A stretch of DNA of 64,000 nt, taken from positions 62,001 through 126,000 of the forward strand of contig CALSSD010000007.1 of NCBI GenBank assembly GCA_943788915.1. Direction: 5' to 3'. The notes under the pieces were generated by a model. The model saw only the letters and a program-made list of their open reading frames with translations. It did not search any database and was not told where the DNA came from. Shown piece by piece: positions 42,053 to 52,406 of this stretch. The position numbers and the translations under genes are program-made. Source of the DNA: an uncultured Acidimicrobiales bacterium. Its GTDB lineage: Bacteria; Actinomycetota; Acidimicrobiia; Acidimicrobiales; UBA10347. The first letter of the stretch is position 1. Each line of letters starts with the position of its first letter.

Positions 42053-42091
42053 TCACAGGCGGATCTAGGCACCAACCAGGCTCTGGCTCTT

Positions 42092-43210
42092 TCACTCGGG
42101 CAATAATGACCCGACAAGGCTGCCCGATGGCGACTCAATCGTGCAGTACGCACTCCCGATGCCGCTCACCTGAACATCGCTGATCTGGCGGATCACCGTG
42201 TCTGCAGGTAGGACGATGGCGTCGTTTCCGCGGACTGATGCCAAAACCGCGATGAGTTCGGCACTGCATTCGTCGCCTGCCGAGAACTGCTTGTCACGGT
42301 CCACGCTGACCTGGGCATAGATCTGCGCCTCGTGAGCGCCGGCGCAGTCTTGGTTCGCGACTCGAGTGAAATCGCCATTTCGGGGAGTCTCGAAACAGTC
42401 ACCAACAGCGAGTTGGGTCACAGATGGCGTGCCCGTATCCCCGTCCGTAAAGGCTCCGACAAGCACAGAAACACCGACGATCGCAGCCACGATCAGCCGC
42501 CACGGCATCTTGCCTGCGCGAACTGGTTGTATCGGAGGTCCCAGAGGGCGTGGCGCTCGCACCGGCGGCCCGAGTGGAAGCGGAGCGCTCGCCGGGAGGG
42601 CAGCGCTTCTCGCGGGTGCTGGCGGCAAACCCAATTCACCTCGGAATGGCTCTAGCCACGGGGGCGGCGCCGCGGGTGGCGGCTGGGGCATCGGTGCAGG
42701 TGGGGCCATCGGGTTAGGCACTCGCGGCATTGCTGGCGGCTGACCTGCGCCCGGCGGTTGCACCCACTCGGTCGGGGCACCGACGTGCGGAGGTTCGCGC
42801 ACTACCCCACCGGCCTTCGGGTCTGTCGTCGACGAGGACTGCTGGCTTGATGGAACGGTGTCGACCCAATGGTCGACCGCTCGTTGAGGAAGCAGCGATT
42901 CCGACGACAATGGCGCCGACAACAACTCCTCGATAGTCGGCCCCTCCACTGCGGCGTCGAGTTTGAGCGCAGCAAGTGCTTCGCGCCGCGCTTCTGCCGA
43001 GGCAGCGCCGGCCCAATGGTCGACCGCTCGTTGAGGAAGCAGCGATTCCGACGAGAGTGGCGTCGAGAGCAAGTCTTGAAGGCTTGGTCCGTCTACCGAT
43101 GTGTCCACCGTTGTGTCGAGTTTCGGCGGAGCGAACGCTTCACGCGCCTGGCGTAACAATTCTGTGGAAGAGAGTTCGGGTTTGTCTGGATGGTCCGTCG
43201 ACACCGGCAC
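42092..43210 (-). CDS. Pro-rich membrane protein with septum-formation-like extracellular domain
   Basis: Internal repeat, Pro-rich segment, one TM helix, then LAVGDCF...C.GAHEAQIY..C..C. Confidence 0.7.
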   Translation of the reverse strand: MPVSTDHPDKPELSSTELLRQAREAFAPPKLDTTVDTSVDGPSLQDLLSTPLSSESLLPQRAVDHWAGAASAEARREALAALKLDAAVEGPTIEELLSAPLSSESLLPQRAVDHWVDTVPSSQQSSSTTDPKAGGVVREPPHVGAPTEWVQPPGAGQPPAMPRVPNPMAPPAPMPQPPPAAPPPWLEPFRGELGLPPAPARSAALPASAPLPLGPPVRAPRPLGPPIQPVRAGKMPWRLIVAAIVGVSVLVGAFTDGDTGTPSVTQLAVGDCFETPRNGDFTRVANQDCAGAHEAQIYAQVSVDRDKQFSAGDECSAELIAVLASVRGNDAIVLPADTVIRQISDVQVSGIGSAYCTIESPSGSLVGSLLPE

Positions 43211-43339
43211 ACGTCATTTCAGTCGATATGTCTTGCAGACCTGCGTCCACGGATTTCAAGCCTAGGTTTCGGAGTCTTATGCCACGCACCCACCAGCCTG
43301 GCTTCCAACCACCACCGACCCGTTGACTAGGGTTCAGCC

Positions 43340-43705
43340 ATGAACGACGACGTGCTGGCAGCAGAAGAACAACGATGGGCTGCCTTGATCGGCAACGACT
43401 TCGAAGCCCTCGACTCACTCGTGCATCCATCGTTGTCCTACACCCACTCGAATGCGATCGTTGACACGAAGGCGAGTTGGATCGAGTCGGTTACCAGCGG
43501 CTTCGTCGACTACCGGTCGGTCGAGCGCGAGGACGTCGCGATCATCAGCTCAGGATCGACCGCGGTAATCACCGGCAAGGCCACGTTCATGGTCGGTGTG
43601 CAGGACAAGGAGATCACCATCGTCGCCCGGTTCACTGCCGTGTGGGTCAATGAGGACGACCGGTGGCAGTTCTTCGCATGGCAAAACACACCTATCCCCA
43701 CCTAA
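43340..43705 (+). CDS. NTF2-like (DUF4440) protein
   Basis: D.EALD.L....LSYTHS..VDTK..., FTAVW...W....WQ.T. Confidence 0.8.
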   Translation: MNDDVLAAEEQRWAALIGNDFEALDSLVHPSLSYTHSNAIVDTKASWIESVTSGFVDYRSVEREDVAIISSGSTAVITGKATFMVGVQDKEITIVARFTAVWVNEDDRWQFFAWQNTPIPT

Positions 43706-43828
43706 CCCCCACATCTGTGACGCGCACCACCGCGATACGCGCGATCTGAGGCTCACAGATCGACCGCGCAGACGGACGGGTCGGCACTGGTGTTAGTCGC
43801 TGGCTGGTGGGCGCTCGCTGTGGCGGGG

Positions 43829-44449
43829 TTAGAGGCTGAGGCCGAGGCGGCTGAGTTCTTGTTGGATGGTGCCTTCGATGTGGGCGCTGCTCATGGTGAG
43901 CGCCTTGCCGATTTGGCGGGCAACTTCCATCTCGGAGCGGTCGACATGGCCGTCGGCACCAGCGAGGAAGACTGCGGCAGTGAGCACGTTCTCCTTGCCA
44001 TGTTCGTTTAACACCGCACCTAGTTCCTCGAGATTGTCGGATAACGCAGACACCTGCAGGCTGCTGAGATCCGAGTCCAAGTCATCGAGATCGTAGGGGT
44101 GCGACGCGAATCGTTGGACAACAGTGACCGCAGCGTCTCGCTCCCGTGGGTCGACCGTGCCGTCGGCGAGTGCCATGGACACGGCGACGTGACGAATGGC
44201 GATCGTGCTGATGTCTTCGATCTCCGATGCAGTCTTGCCCTTGAGTACATCGGGGTAATACGTGTTCTCGCAGCTGGTGCATTCGATGAAGTCGCCGAGT
44301 TCCTTCAACGGAATAAGCGGGATGAAGAAGATGGTGAACCAGCGCCGAGCCTGCTTGTGTTCATAGTTCCGATCGCCGCCCTCGCCGGGGCAGAAGAACA
44401 CGCCGGTGCCAATCGTCTTCTTGCGAACTCGCCAACCCCAGATGATCAT
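43829..44449 (-). CDS. Zinc-ribbon plus TerB-like domain protein
   Basis: MIIWG..FFCP..RRWFTIFFIPLIPL..ECTSC, then ALADG.VD..E and GADG.V...E TerB-type motifs. Confidence 0.8.
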   Translation of the reverse strand: MIIWGWRVRKKTIGTGVFFCPGEGGDRNYEHKQARRWFTIFFIPLIPLKELGDFIECTSCENTYYPDVLKGKTASEIEDISTIAIRHVAVSMALADGTVDPRERDAAVTVVQRFASHPYDLDDLDSDLSSLQVSALSDNLEELGAVLNEHGKENVLTAAVFLAGADGHVDRSEMEVARQIGKALTMSSAHIEGTIQQELSRLGLSL

Positions 44450-44799
44450 GACGCCCCCTTGTTGGTGAAGCTCAGCGGCAGGTCGTCCATACCTTCGAAC
44501 ATCACCTGGAACCCGCTGAGTGAGTCCTGGCGGGCCAGGGCAGCGCCAATGCAGAAGTGGCTGCCCACACCGAACGCCGCGTCGGTAGTGGCATTCGAAC
44601 GCAGGATGTCGAACGACTCGACATCACGATTCGCCGTTCCATGACGAGCCATGGTTGGCTGGCTGGCCTCGACCTCGATCCTGCTGATCGACGTGGGGCA
44701 GGCATCGGTCCTCCGCAGAGCAGCGACGGGGTTGTCGAACCGCAAGCTCTCTTCGATCAAGTTGGCATCACGAGTGGAAGATGCCGGGGTGTCAACCAT
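44446..44799 (-). pseudogene. Cytochrome P450 C-terminal remnant
   Basis: EESLR (ExxR), ANRD, AFGVGSHFCIGAALAR heme motif in only 117 aa; the N-terminal two-thirds are absent. Confidence 0.8.
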
Positions 44800-44858
44800 G
44801 TCCAGAACCTAGATCCTGGAGGAGACTCGCGCCGAAGCCGCAGGAGTAGCCTGCCGAG

Positions 44859-46044
44859 GTGAGTACGGACACCGACCCCGAAGCAGCGGCCACATCGCAG
44901 CAGACCCTCAGGGTTTTCTCGACGCTGTCGGCTGCTCTCGCCGCCGGATATGGCGTGTTGTTCACGATGGGCGGCGACTACCGCGACGAGTACGGAATCA
45001 GCGAGACGACCTTCGGTCTGATCATCGGGATCGGCTTTTTACTCTCGTTCTTCGCACAGGTCACGATTGGGCCTTTCGGCGACCGCGGTTACGCCCGTTT
45101 CATGGTCTTTGGTGGCTCGCTCCTCAATGCCGCTGGCTTATTGATGATGGGCTTCGGCACGACGGCAACGGTCATCATCGCCGGTCGGGTGATTTCAGGA
45201 TTGGCGATCGGCGCCGCAGGGCCAGCGATCAAGCGGTTCGTCGTTGTTGGGTCAGGCGCGAACCTGGGACGAAATCTCGGACGGCTCTTTTCGGCCGACG
45301 TGTTTGGATTTGCGCTTGGGCCAGTGATCTCGGCCGTCCTTGTGGGCCCGTTCGGGATCGCTGCACCGTTCATCGTGATTGCCGCAGCCACCATCGTGCT
45401 CGTGCTGCTGTCGTTGCGGTTAACAGCTCGATGACGACGCAGCGAAAACCCCCGACCGCAAGCGCTTCGCGTTCGACCTACTCCGTTACCGACCGTTTGC
45501 CGGTGCCGTGATGCTTGGTGTGGCTGCGTTCGTGATGATCGGCACGTTCGATGCCCTATGGGATCTGGTGCACACCGACCTGGGCACCGCAGAATGGATG
45601 GCCAACTTGGGCATTGCCCTGTTCGCTATCCCACTGGTCCTGCTGGGCCCAACAGCCGGCAGACTCGCCCAACGCATCGGCCCGTTCATCGTTGGCGCCG
45701 CGGGCATGTTGGCCGCCGTCGTCTTTTTCGGGATCTATGGTGCACTCACGGTTGGCGGAGCAATCTTCGCCGTGACCATGGTGCATGCAGTGAGCGATGG
45801 TTTGACCTTTGCGGCAAGTGGCGTTGCCGTCGGTATGACCGCGCCCGAAGAACGCCAGGCCGGCGCCCAGGGTGTGCTCGGCGGCATGCAATCACTCGGT
45901 GCAGGAATCATGGCACCAATCGCCGGCTGGTTATACGAGACCCACGGGCAAAAGACCACCTATTGGGTGTCCGGCGGGATCATCTTCATGCTGGTTGTGG
46001 GTGGCCTTGTGCTAGCCCGGCCTGCGATTCGACTCAAGGGTTAA
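44859..46044 (+). CDS. MFS transporter (frameshift near 45422)
   Basis: Two hydrophobic halves (GPFGDRG; GRLAQRIG motif A copies) in adjacent frames. Confidence 0.85.
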
Positions 46045-46046
46045 CC

Positions 46047-46826
46047 GTGGCACTCACTATCGGCACGTGGAACGTGCAATGGCAGTTCGGCGAATGGGAA
46101 GCTCGCCAGCCGGCAATCCTGCAGGTCTTACGCAACCTCGATGCCGACGTCGTCATGCTGCAGGAATCGTGGCGGGGCCAGGTTGAACGGTTCGCTAGCG
46201 AACTCGGTTACCACTCGACATGGGCTGGTCACGACCCCCACGGCGACCCCGAGCGTTCAATGGGTAATGCAATCCTGAGCCGGTGGCCGATCCAAACTAG
46301 TGCCCACCGTTTCTTGGCCGACAACCAGGGACGCGAGTACCGCACGATCCTGTCGGCCCGCATCAACACGCCGATCGGGATATTGCCGGCGTTCACGACC
46401 CATCTCGACTACCACTTCGATGGTTCCGCAACCCGGCTCGCACAGCTGGCCACGGCTTCGGCATTTATCGAGGAACATGCCAACGGCGTACTACCCCCGA
46501 TCCTCACCGGCGACCTCAATGCGGTGCACGACAGCGACGAGATCCGCAAGCTCACCGGCAGGTCAACGCCCTATAGTGCTGGCCGCATCTGGACCGACGC
46601 ATGGGAGCAGGTCGGCGACGGCCCTGGCATCACATGGTCGAAGGCCAACCCGTACATCAACAACTCGGCGTGGCCCAACCGTCGTCTTGATTATGTGATG
46701 ATCGGGTGGCCACGCGAGAAGCGGCCGCTGGGCAATCCTCAACGAGCGTGGATGTTTGGTATCGAACCCATCGACGGCGTGGTAGGAAGCGATCACTACG
46801 GCGTTGCCGTCGAAATCCACACCTGA
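46047..46826 (+). CDS. Endonuclease/exonuclease/phosphatase family protein
   Basis: TWNV, DVVMLQE, GNAILSRWP, TTHL, GDLN, RLDY, SDHY. Start reset to GTG 46047. Confidence 0.9.
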   Translation: MALTIGTWNVQWQFGEWEARQPAILQVLRNLDADVVMLQESWRGQVERFASELGYHSTWAGHDPHGDPERSMGNAILSRWPIQTSAHRFLADNQGREYRTILSARINTPIGILPAFTTHLDYHFDGSATRLAQLATASAFIEEHANGVLPPILTGDLNAVHDSDEIRKLTGRSTPYSAGRIWTDAWEQVGDGPGITWSKANPYINNSAWPNRRLDYVMIGWPREKRPLGNPQRAWMFGIEPIDGVVGSDHYGVAVEIHT

Positions 46827-46961
46827 CCCCATCTGTGGCCTGAACCCAGCCAGACCCAGGCAAACAGCTCGAGTGGCGACGGTGTGAGTGTTTCCCACTC
46901 CCTCTGTCGAACGCACCACCCCGAGCAGTTCATGGACAGTTCTGATCTCCCGTAGATGCCG

Positions 46962-47756
46962 TTATGAGCGAGACCTTTCGTGCTCGTTGTGTTCGCTCAG
47001 AATCTCGGCGAGGCGTTTCTCTGGATGGCGGCCGCCAACATGGCCCATGAACGGCGGGTGGATGCTGTATCCCATGAGCTCGCGTACTCGTGGTGACAGC
47101 GTCGCTGTGAGCTCAGGCGGGGTCGCCAAAATGTGGTTCTCCTGTTGACGAGCCCATGGTTCGCAGTATTGCGGTGTAATCGCGAGTCGGTCGGTCCCCG
47201 AAGTATTCGCCGCCCCTCGATGAATCAAAAGGCCATCCATCACCAACGCCGATCCCGCAGGCATCACCGCCTGCTTGATCTCGTCCTCCATCGGCGCAGG
47301 GTGACCCTCGGCCCAAAGATGGCTTCCTGGCACGAACTCGGTCGCACCGTTCGTAGCCGAAAAGTCGTCGATGGCCCAGATGATCGACACCATGTTCGAA
47401 GGGCGTGGCCGCGGTTGCTGCACGAACCCATCGTCGAAGTGCATGTCCTGCGGCGTCTCACCTGGATGCACCAGGATTGCTAGAAACGCCGATATGAGAT
47501 ACCCCGGCGTCATGATCCGGTCAAGCGCCGAAAGCGCTGTTGGATGTTCGACTAGGTCTGAGAACACTGGCGACCGAGCGATCAACTGGTAGACGCGTTC
47601 GGTGTGGAACCCTTCGAAGTCGTTGCGCCCCGGGTAGGTGCCATCGGTGTACGGGGCAAGCGCGGTCTTGATCTCGCTGCATTCATCACTCGTCAGCACC
47701 TCGGGCAGGATCACGTAGCCGTGCTCTCGATAGTGGGCCAAAGCATTGTCATCCAT
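46962..47756 (-). CDS. Phytanoyl-CoA dioxygenase (PhyH) family protein
   Basis: HGYVIL, Q.MHFDD, WAIDDF...NGAT..VPGSH, HRGAAN, RQQEN. Confidence 0.9.
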   Translation of the reverse strand: MDDNALAHYREHGYVILPEVLTSDECSEIKTALAPYTDGTYPGRNDFEGFHTERVYQLIARSPVFSDLVEHPTALSALDRIMTPGYLISAFLAILVHPGETPQDMHFDDGFVQQPRPRPSNMVSIIWAIDDFSATNGATEFVPGSHLWAEGHPAPMEDEIKQAVMPAGSALVMDGLLIHRGAANTSGTDRLAITPQYCEPWARQQENHILATPPELTATLSPRVRELMGYSIHPPFMGHVGGRHPEKRLAEILSEHNEHERSRS

Positions 47757-47855
47757 GACCGCAGTCTGCATCACCGCACACGGTTGGCGCCAACGAACAC
47801 GACGAGCGTTGCGGTAAAACGACACACCCCCCGAGCCCCTAGACCTGCGCCTGGC

Positions 47856-49001
47856 CTAGCGAGGTTTGGGTGTGCTGGGTTTTGGTTCACGAGGCAAGCC
47901 CAACAGACGTTCGCCGATGAGGTTGCGTTGGATCTCGCTCGTGCCGCCAGCGACGCGCATGCCAGGTGCATACAAGAAGTCTTCGACGACCTGTTCGTCG
48001 GCCAACACGGTTGCCGCTGGACCCATGCCGTCGAGCCGGGTTCGGGTGCGTTCGGTCGAAAACTCGGTGTTGCCGAGTTTGACCAACGGGCCAAGCTTGG
48101 GGTCACCCTCGCTGCGGTCGAGCAATTGTCGCAGCGCTCCGGCCTTCACTCGGGTGCGCATGATGCGGTCTCGATGCACTGGGTCGGTTCCGGCATCGAT
48201 CGTGTCGATCAGCCGCTGGGTGCTGCGCTCGAGTGCGATTCCGGCCGCGCCTACTTCGGCACGTTCATCGGCAAGCACCGAGGTCGCCACTCCCCAGCCG
48301 CCGTGCAGCGGCCCAAGCAGATCGCTCTTGGCTGCTGGAGCATCGTCCAGGAAGACCTCGCAGAACTCCTGATCACCGGTCATCTGCTTGAGCGGTCGCA
48401 CATCGATACCGGGACCATGCATGTCGAACAGGAAGAACGAGATCCCGCGATGACCTCGATCTTCAGGGTCGGTCCGAGCAAGCAGGATCCCGTGGTCGGC
48501 CAGCTGGGCTGTCGATGACCAGACCTTCTGGCCGGTCATGCGCCATTCGTCGCCATGGTCCTCCGCCCTAGTCGACAGGCTGACCAAGTCGGATCCGCTA
48601 CCCGGCTCGCTGAAGAGCTGGCACCACAAGATCTCGGCGGCCAACGTGGCCCGCAGATACTTCTGCTTCTGCTCTTCGGTGCCGTACTTCAAGATCGCGC
48701 CACCGGCGAGAACGAAACCTTGGAAGTTCATGTACGGCGAGACTTCGTGGCGGGCACATTCCTCGCTCCACACCAGCCGGTACTCGGGCCCATACCCCTG
48801 TCCGCCGTATTCCTTTGGCCACGACACGCCCGCGAAACCATTCGCAAACATGTGTTGCTGCCATGCCTTGGCGTCGTCGTGCATGGCCGGCGGCATGATC
48901 GCGCCGAACGCACGGCAGGCAATGCCGTTGGCCTTCGAAGCCTGGATAAACGCTGCTGCCTTAGTACGGAATGCATCGAGGGTGAGGTCGTCAGAGGGCA
49001 T
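47856..49001 (-). CDS. Acyl-CoA dehydrogenase family protein
   Basis: WPKEYGG, WCQLFSEPGSGSDL, GQKVWSS, FCEVFLD, GGTSEIQRN. Confidence 0.92.
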   Translation of the reverse strand: MPSDDLTLDAFRTKAAAFIQASKANGIACRAFGAIMPPAMHDDAKAWQQHMFANGFAGVSWPKEYGGQGYGPEYRLVWSEECARHEVSPYMNFQGFVLAGGAILKYGTEEQKQKYLRATLAAEILWCQLFSEPGSGSDLVSLSTRAEDHGDEWRMTGQKVWSSTAQLADHGILLARTDPEDRGHRGISFFLFDMHGPGIDVRPLKQMTGDQEFCEVFLDDAPAAKSDLLGPLHGGWGVATSVLADERAEVGAAGIALERSTQRLIDTIDAGTDPVHRDRIMRTRVKAGALRQLLDRSEGDPKLGPLVKLGNTEFSTERTRTRLDGMGPAATVLADEQVVEDFLYAPGMRVAGGTSEIQRNLIGERLLGLPREPKPSTPKPR

Positions 49002-49254
49002 ACCCAGACCGTAGTTGTTGCATCCGTCACGACCCTTTTCCGAGCAGCCGGTTGCGCCTCGCCAGGTGCCTGCAGAGGTTCACGACCTCCATGCGATTAC
49101 ATCGATCAGCGTTATCAAGTATCCGGGTACAAACAGCCGCCACTGCAGAAGATAGGCCCCGCAGTCGCTAGCCTGCCAAGTTCGATCAGCCTCTCCACCA
49201 CATCACAGGCTGTGTTAGCCCACGCTGCAACCCAGCTAGGCACCGAGGATCACC

Positions 49255-50439
49255 ATGACGACTGAACGCGAACTACGAGAGGCAACCCTGCTGGTGCGGG
49301 GCGGGCTGGAACGCACCGGCTTCGACGAGACAGCCGAAGGGCTGTTTCTTACGTCGGGGTATGTCTACGGAAGCGCCGCCGAGGCCGAAGCTGCCTTCGC
49401 CGGCGAACACGATCGCTACATCTACTCGCGCTACGGCAACCCGACGGTGTCGATGTTCGAAGAACGACTTCGTCTGATCGAAGGCACCGAGGCGTGTATG
49501 GCAACCGCCAGCGGTATGGCCGCGGTGTTTGCGGCGCTCGCTTCTTTCGTTAGCGCTGGCGACAAGGTTGTCGGGTCGCGTGCACTCTTCGGTTCGTGCC
49601 ACGTCATCCTCAGCGAGATCCTGCCCCGACTCGGTGTTGAGACCGTGCAGGTCGACGGTTCCTCTCTCGACGAATGGGAACAAGCACTCGCTGGCGGCGC
49701 CCGGGCCGTGTTTCTCGAAACCCCGTCGAATCCCGGACTCGAGATCATCGACTTGGCCGCCGTGTCCGAACTCGCACACGCCGCAGGTGCGCTCGTCATC
49801 GTCGACAATGTGTTCGCCAGCCCGGTGTTGCAGAAGCCGCTCGATTTCGGCGCCGACGTGGTCGTCTACTCCGCCACAAAACACATCGATGGCCAAGGTC
49901 GCGTGCTCGGTGGAGCAGTGTTGAGCACCGATGAGTTCAAAACGGACTACCTCATGCCGTTCACCCGCCATACCGGACCCAGTTTGAGTCCCTTTAATGC
50001 CTGGGTTCTCGTCAAAGGTCTCGAAACCATGCGACTCCGGGTCGACGCCATGTCTCGCTCCGCCCACACGCTGGCCGAACAACTCGAGCAACACCCCTCG
50101 GTCGACCGGGTGGGTTACCCCATGCTGCCTTCACATCCACAATTCCACCTTGCCAAACGTCAAATGTCGGCCGGTGGCACTGTGCTTACCATCGATGTGC
50201 AGAACAAGGAACGGGCATTCGCCTTCATGGATGCCCTGGAACTCTTCGACATCTCGAACAATGTCGGCGACTCCAAAAGCTTGGCCACCCACCCGGCCAC
50301 CACAACACACCGCCGCATTGGCGCCGAGGGCCGCGCGCTCGTCGGCATCGGCGACGGCATGATCCGCCTCAGCATCGGCCTCGAGGATCCACACGACCTT
50401 TACGCCGACCTCGACATCGCCCTCTCCCAACTCCCCTAA
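49255..50439 (+). CDS. metZ: O-succinylhomoserine sulfhydrylase
   Basis: ETAEGLFLTSGYVY.SA, YSRYGNPT, YSATKHIDGQGR.LGG (PLP Lys), N.GDSKS..THPATTTH. Confidence 0.93.
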   Translation: MTTERELREATLLVRGGLERTGFDETAEGLFLTSGYVYGSAAEAEAAFAGEHDRYIYSRYGNPTVSMFEERLRLIEGTEACMATASGMAAVFAALASFVSAGDKVVGSRALFGSCHVILSEILPRLGVETVQVDGSSLDEWEQALAGGARAVFLETPSNPGLEIIDLAAVSELAHAAGALVIVDNVFASPVLQKPLDFGADVVVYSATKHIDGQGRVLGGAVLSTDEFKTDYLMPFTRHTGPSLSPFNAWVLVKGLETMRLRVDAMSRSAHTLAEQLEQHPSVDRVGYPMLPSHPQFHLAKRQMSAGGTVLTIDVQNKERAFAFMDALELFDISNNVGDSKSLATHPATTTHRRIGAEGRALVGIGDGMIRLSIGLEDPHDLYADLDIALSQLP

Positions 50440-50513
50440 CCAGCCGCCCACAGAACCGAGCTGCGTGGGCCAACCAACACCAGGGTGAGTCAGACCCGAA
50501 GTAACCTCGACTG

Positions 50514-51422
50514 ATGGATATCGGAATCAACGGCTCAGGCCTGCTGGCCAACCCTTCGCTTGGCGCACTCACCGCCGACATCACTTCGGCCGAAGACGAC
50601 AATTTTGCGTCGTACTGGTTGGCCCAAACCGGCGGAGTCGACGCACTCACCGTGTTTGCTGCCCATGGCAACACCGGATCGGCCATGCAACTTGGCACCG
50701 CCGTCATCCCCACCTGGACCACTCATCCGCAGGTGCTCGCTGGCCAAGCGCTCACGACCCAGGCAGCCGTCAACGGGCGTTTGGTCCTCGGCCTTGGACT
50801 AGCCCATGAACCATCGGTCACCGGCCGGTGGAAGATGACGTGGGAACGACCTGTCCGCCAGATGATGGACTTCCTCGACGTACTTCAGCCGTTGCTCACC
50901 GAAGGCCGTGTGAACCACGAGGGGTACTTCTGGAGCTACGAGGGTGAGATCCCGCTGCTCGAAGGGCCAACACCCAAGGTGATGATTGCCGCACTTGGTG
51001 ATCAAATGCTCAAGCTCGCAGGTGCCCGCACCGATGGCACGATCCTGTGGTGCGTCGGCGCAAAAACAATCGCCGACCATATCGCACCCGCCATCAACGA
51101 TGCCGCCGAGAAAGCAGGCCGACCGCAACCTTCCATCGTCTGTTCGATCCCGGTGTGGGTTACCGACGATCCGGCACCGGCTCGCGACTTTCTGGCCCAG
51201 ATCCTTTCGGTCTACGCAGAACTTCCCAGTTATCGCCGCATGCTCGACATCGAAGGTCTCCATGGGCTTGGCGAACTCTCGCTGGTCGGTACCGAAGCCG
51301 AAGTGACCGAACGAATTGCCGAAATCGCAGCATCAGGGGCAACCGACTTCACCGCAGTCCCGATGGGTGGCAACCCCGACGAGATCGCACGAACCCGCGA
51401 GATCCTACGCATCGTTCGATAA
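50514..51422 (+). CDS. LLM-class F420-dependent oxidoreductase
   Basis: WLAQ..DALT, LGTAVIPT, GRLVLGLG, AALG..ML..AG..DGT, LPSYRRMLD.EG. Confidence 0.88.
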   Translation: MDIGINGSGLLANPSLGALTADITSAEDDNFASYWLAQTGGVDALTVFAAHGNTGSAMQLGTAVIPTWTTHPQVLAGQALTTQAAVNGRLVLGLGLAHEPSVTGRWKMTWERPVRQMMDFLDVLQPLLTEGRVNHEGYFWSYEGEIPLLEGPTPKVMIAALGDQMLKLAGARTDGTILWCVGAKTIADHIAPAINDAAEKAGRPQPSIVCSIPVWVTDDPAPARDFLAQILSVYAELPSYRRMLDIEGLHGLGELSLVGTEAEVTERIAEIAASGATDFTAVPMGGNPDEIARTREILRIVR

Positions 51423-51683
51423 CGCTGCAGACCTTGGCAACACCGAAGCTACGAAGTCAGCCGTTGCGTTTCCGTCCAACGGCATCAGCCACCTACTCTC
51501 ACACCGTGGAGATCAGCGACGAGCGCAGAGATACGTGCGGGCCAGATCGCCCCATCGCGCTCCGCGACGCCATCAGCTCCGCGTGGCATGGCAACCGCCT
51601 CGACGCCAGGCGATGCCCAGTGGTGTACCCAGCGCCGTGACATCCACGCACGTGAACATCAGAGAAACGGTGGAGGCCCAGTC

Positions 51684-52406
51684 GTGAACGCACTTCGACA
51701 AGCGGGACTCCGTCGCGTCATCTTCTTCGTGCTCGGCACGTGTGCGCTGCTCCTGCTCGCAAGCGTCGCCAGCAATACTGAACAGTTCACGTCCGGGGGA
51801 ACCGGTGCGCCGCCGGCTCGCAACGTGCTGCCGATCGAAGCCAACCTGGCACAAGATCAGGACGATACACCGCGGGTAGAAAACCCGATTGAGCTGCCTC
51901 AACCAGTGGTCATAGCGCTGGCCATCGCCATGGGAATTGGCCTTCTCTACCTGCTGTCGCGGCAACGGTTCTCGTTTCGATTCAGCCGGCCCTCCATCTC
52001 GTTCACACGCAGCGCGGCGGTTGAGATCACCGAAGAGGAGCAGGCCGAAGCAATCGCCGATTTCGCTCGGGATCTGATCGACGAACTCAACGAAGGCGAC
52101 AGCCCCCGTTACGCCATTCAACGGGCATACGCCGCGGTCGAAACGGGCTTCGGTGCAACCGAATTGACCCGCATGCCAGCCGAAACACCGCTGCGATACC
52201 TTGACCGCATCTTTGGTCGTCACAAGCAGGTCAAGGAACCACTCGAGCAGTTGACACACCTGTTTCAACGAGCTCGATTCTCCGAGGAACCAATCGACGA
52301 AGACATGCGGGCATCAGCAATTGGCGCACTAAGCGAGATACGCGACTACTACACCGCCATTGCCTGGCAACGCATCAGCAAACGCCGATCGAAGGTCGCG
52401 ACATGA
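51684..52406 (+). CDS. DUF4129-like membrane protein
   Basis: Two TM segments, then PR.AI..AY...E, R.PAETP..YL.R, LT.LF.RARFS; GGAGG before GTG 51684. Confidence 0.75.
   Translation: MNALRQAGLRRVIFFVLGTCALLLLASVASNTEQFTSGGTGAPPARNVLPIEANLAQDQDDTPRVENPIELPQPVVIALAIAMGIGLLYLLSRQRFSFRFSRPSISFTRSAAVEITEEEQAEAIADFARDLIDELNEGDSPRYAIQRAYAAVETGFGATELTRMPAETPLRYLDRIFGRHKQVKEPLEQLTHLFQRARFSEEPIDEDMRASAIGALSEIRDYYTAIAWQRISKRRSKVAT

Noticed and set aside
45558..46046. Long N-terminal extension of the EEP nuclease ORF
   Set aside because: It overlaps the MFS C-terminal half in another frame; family motifs begin at GTG 46047.
47604..49265. Long plus-strand ORFs (304 aa, 236 aa) and similar antisense ORFs elsewhere
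   Set aside because: These are shadow ORFs opposite well-supported genes, as expected in high-GC DNA.
51423..51683. Possible pseudogene in the 260-bp gap before the DUF4129 gene
   Set aside because: No recognisable protein motif in the frames I examined.
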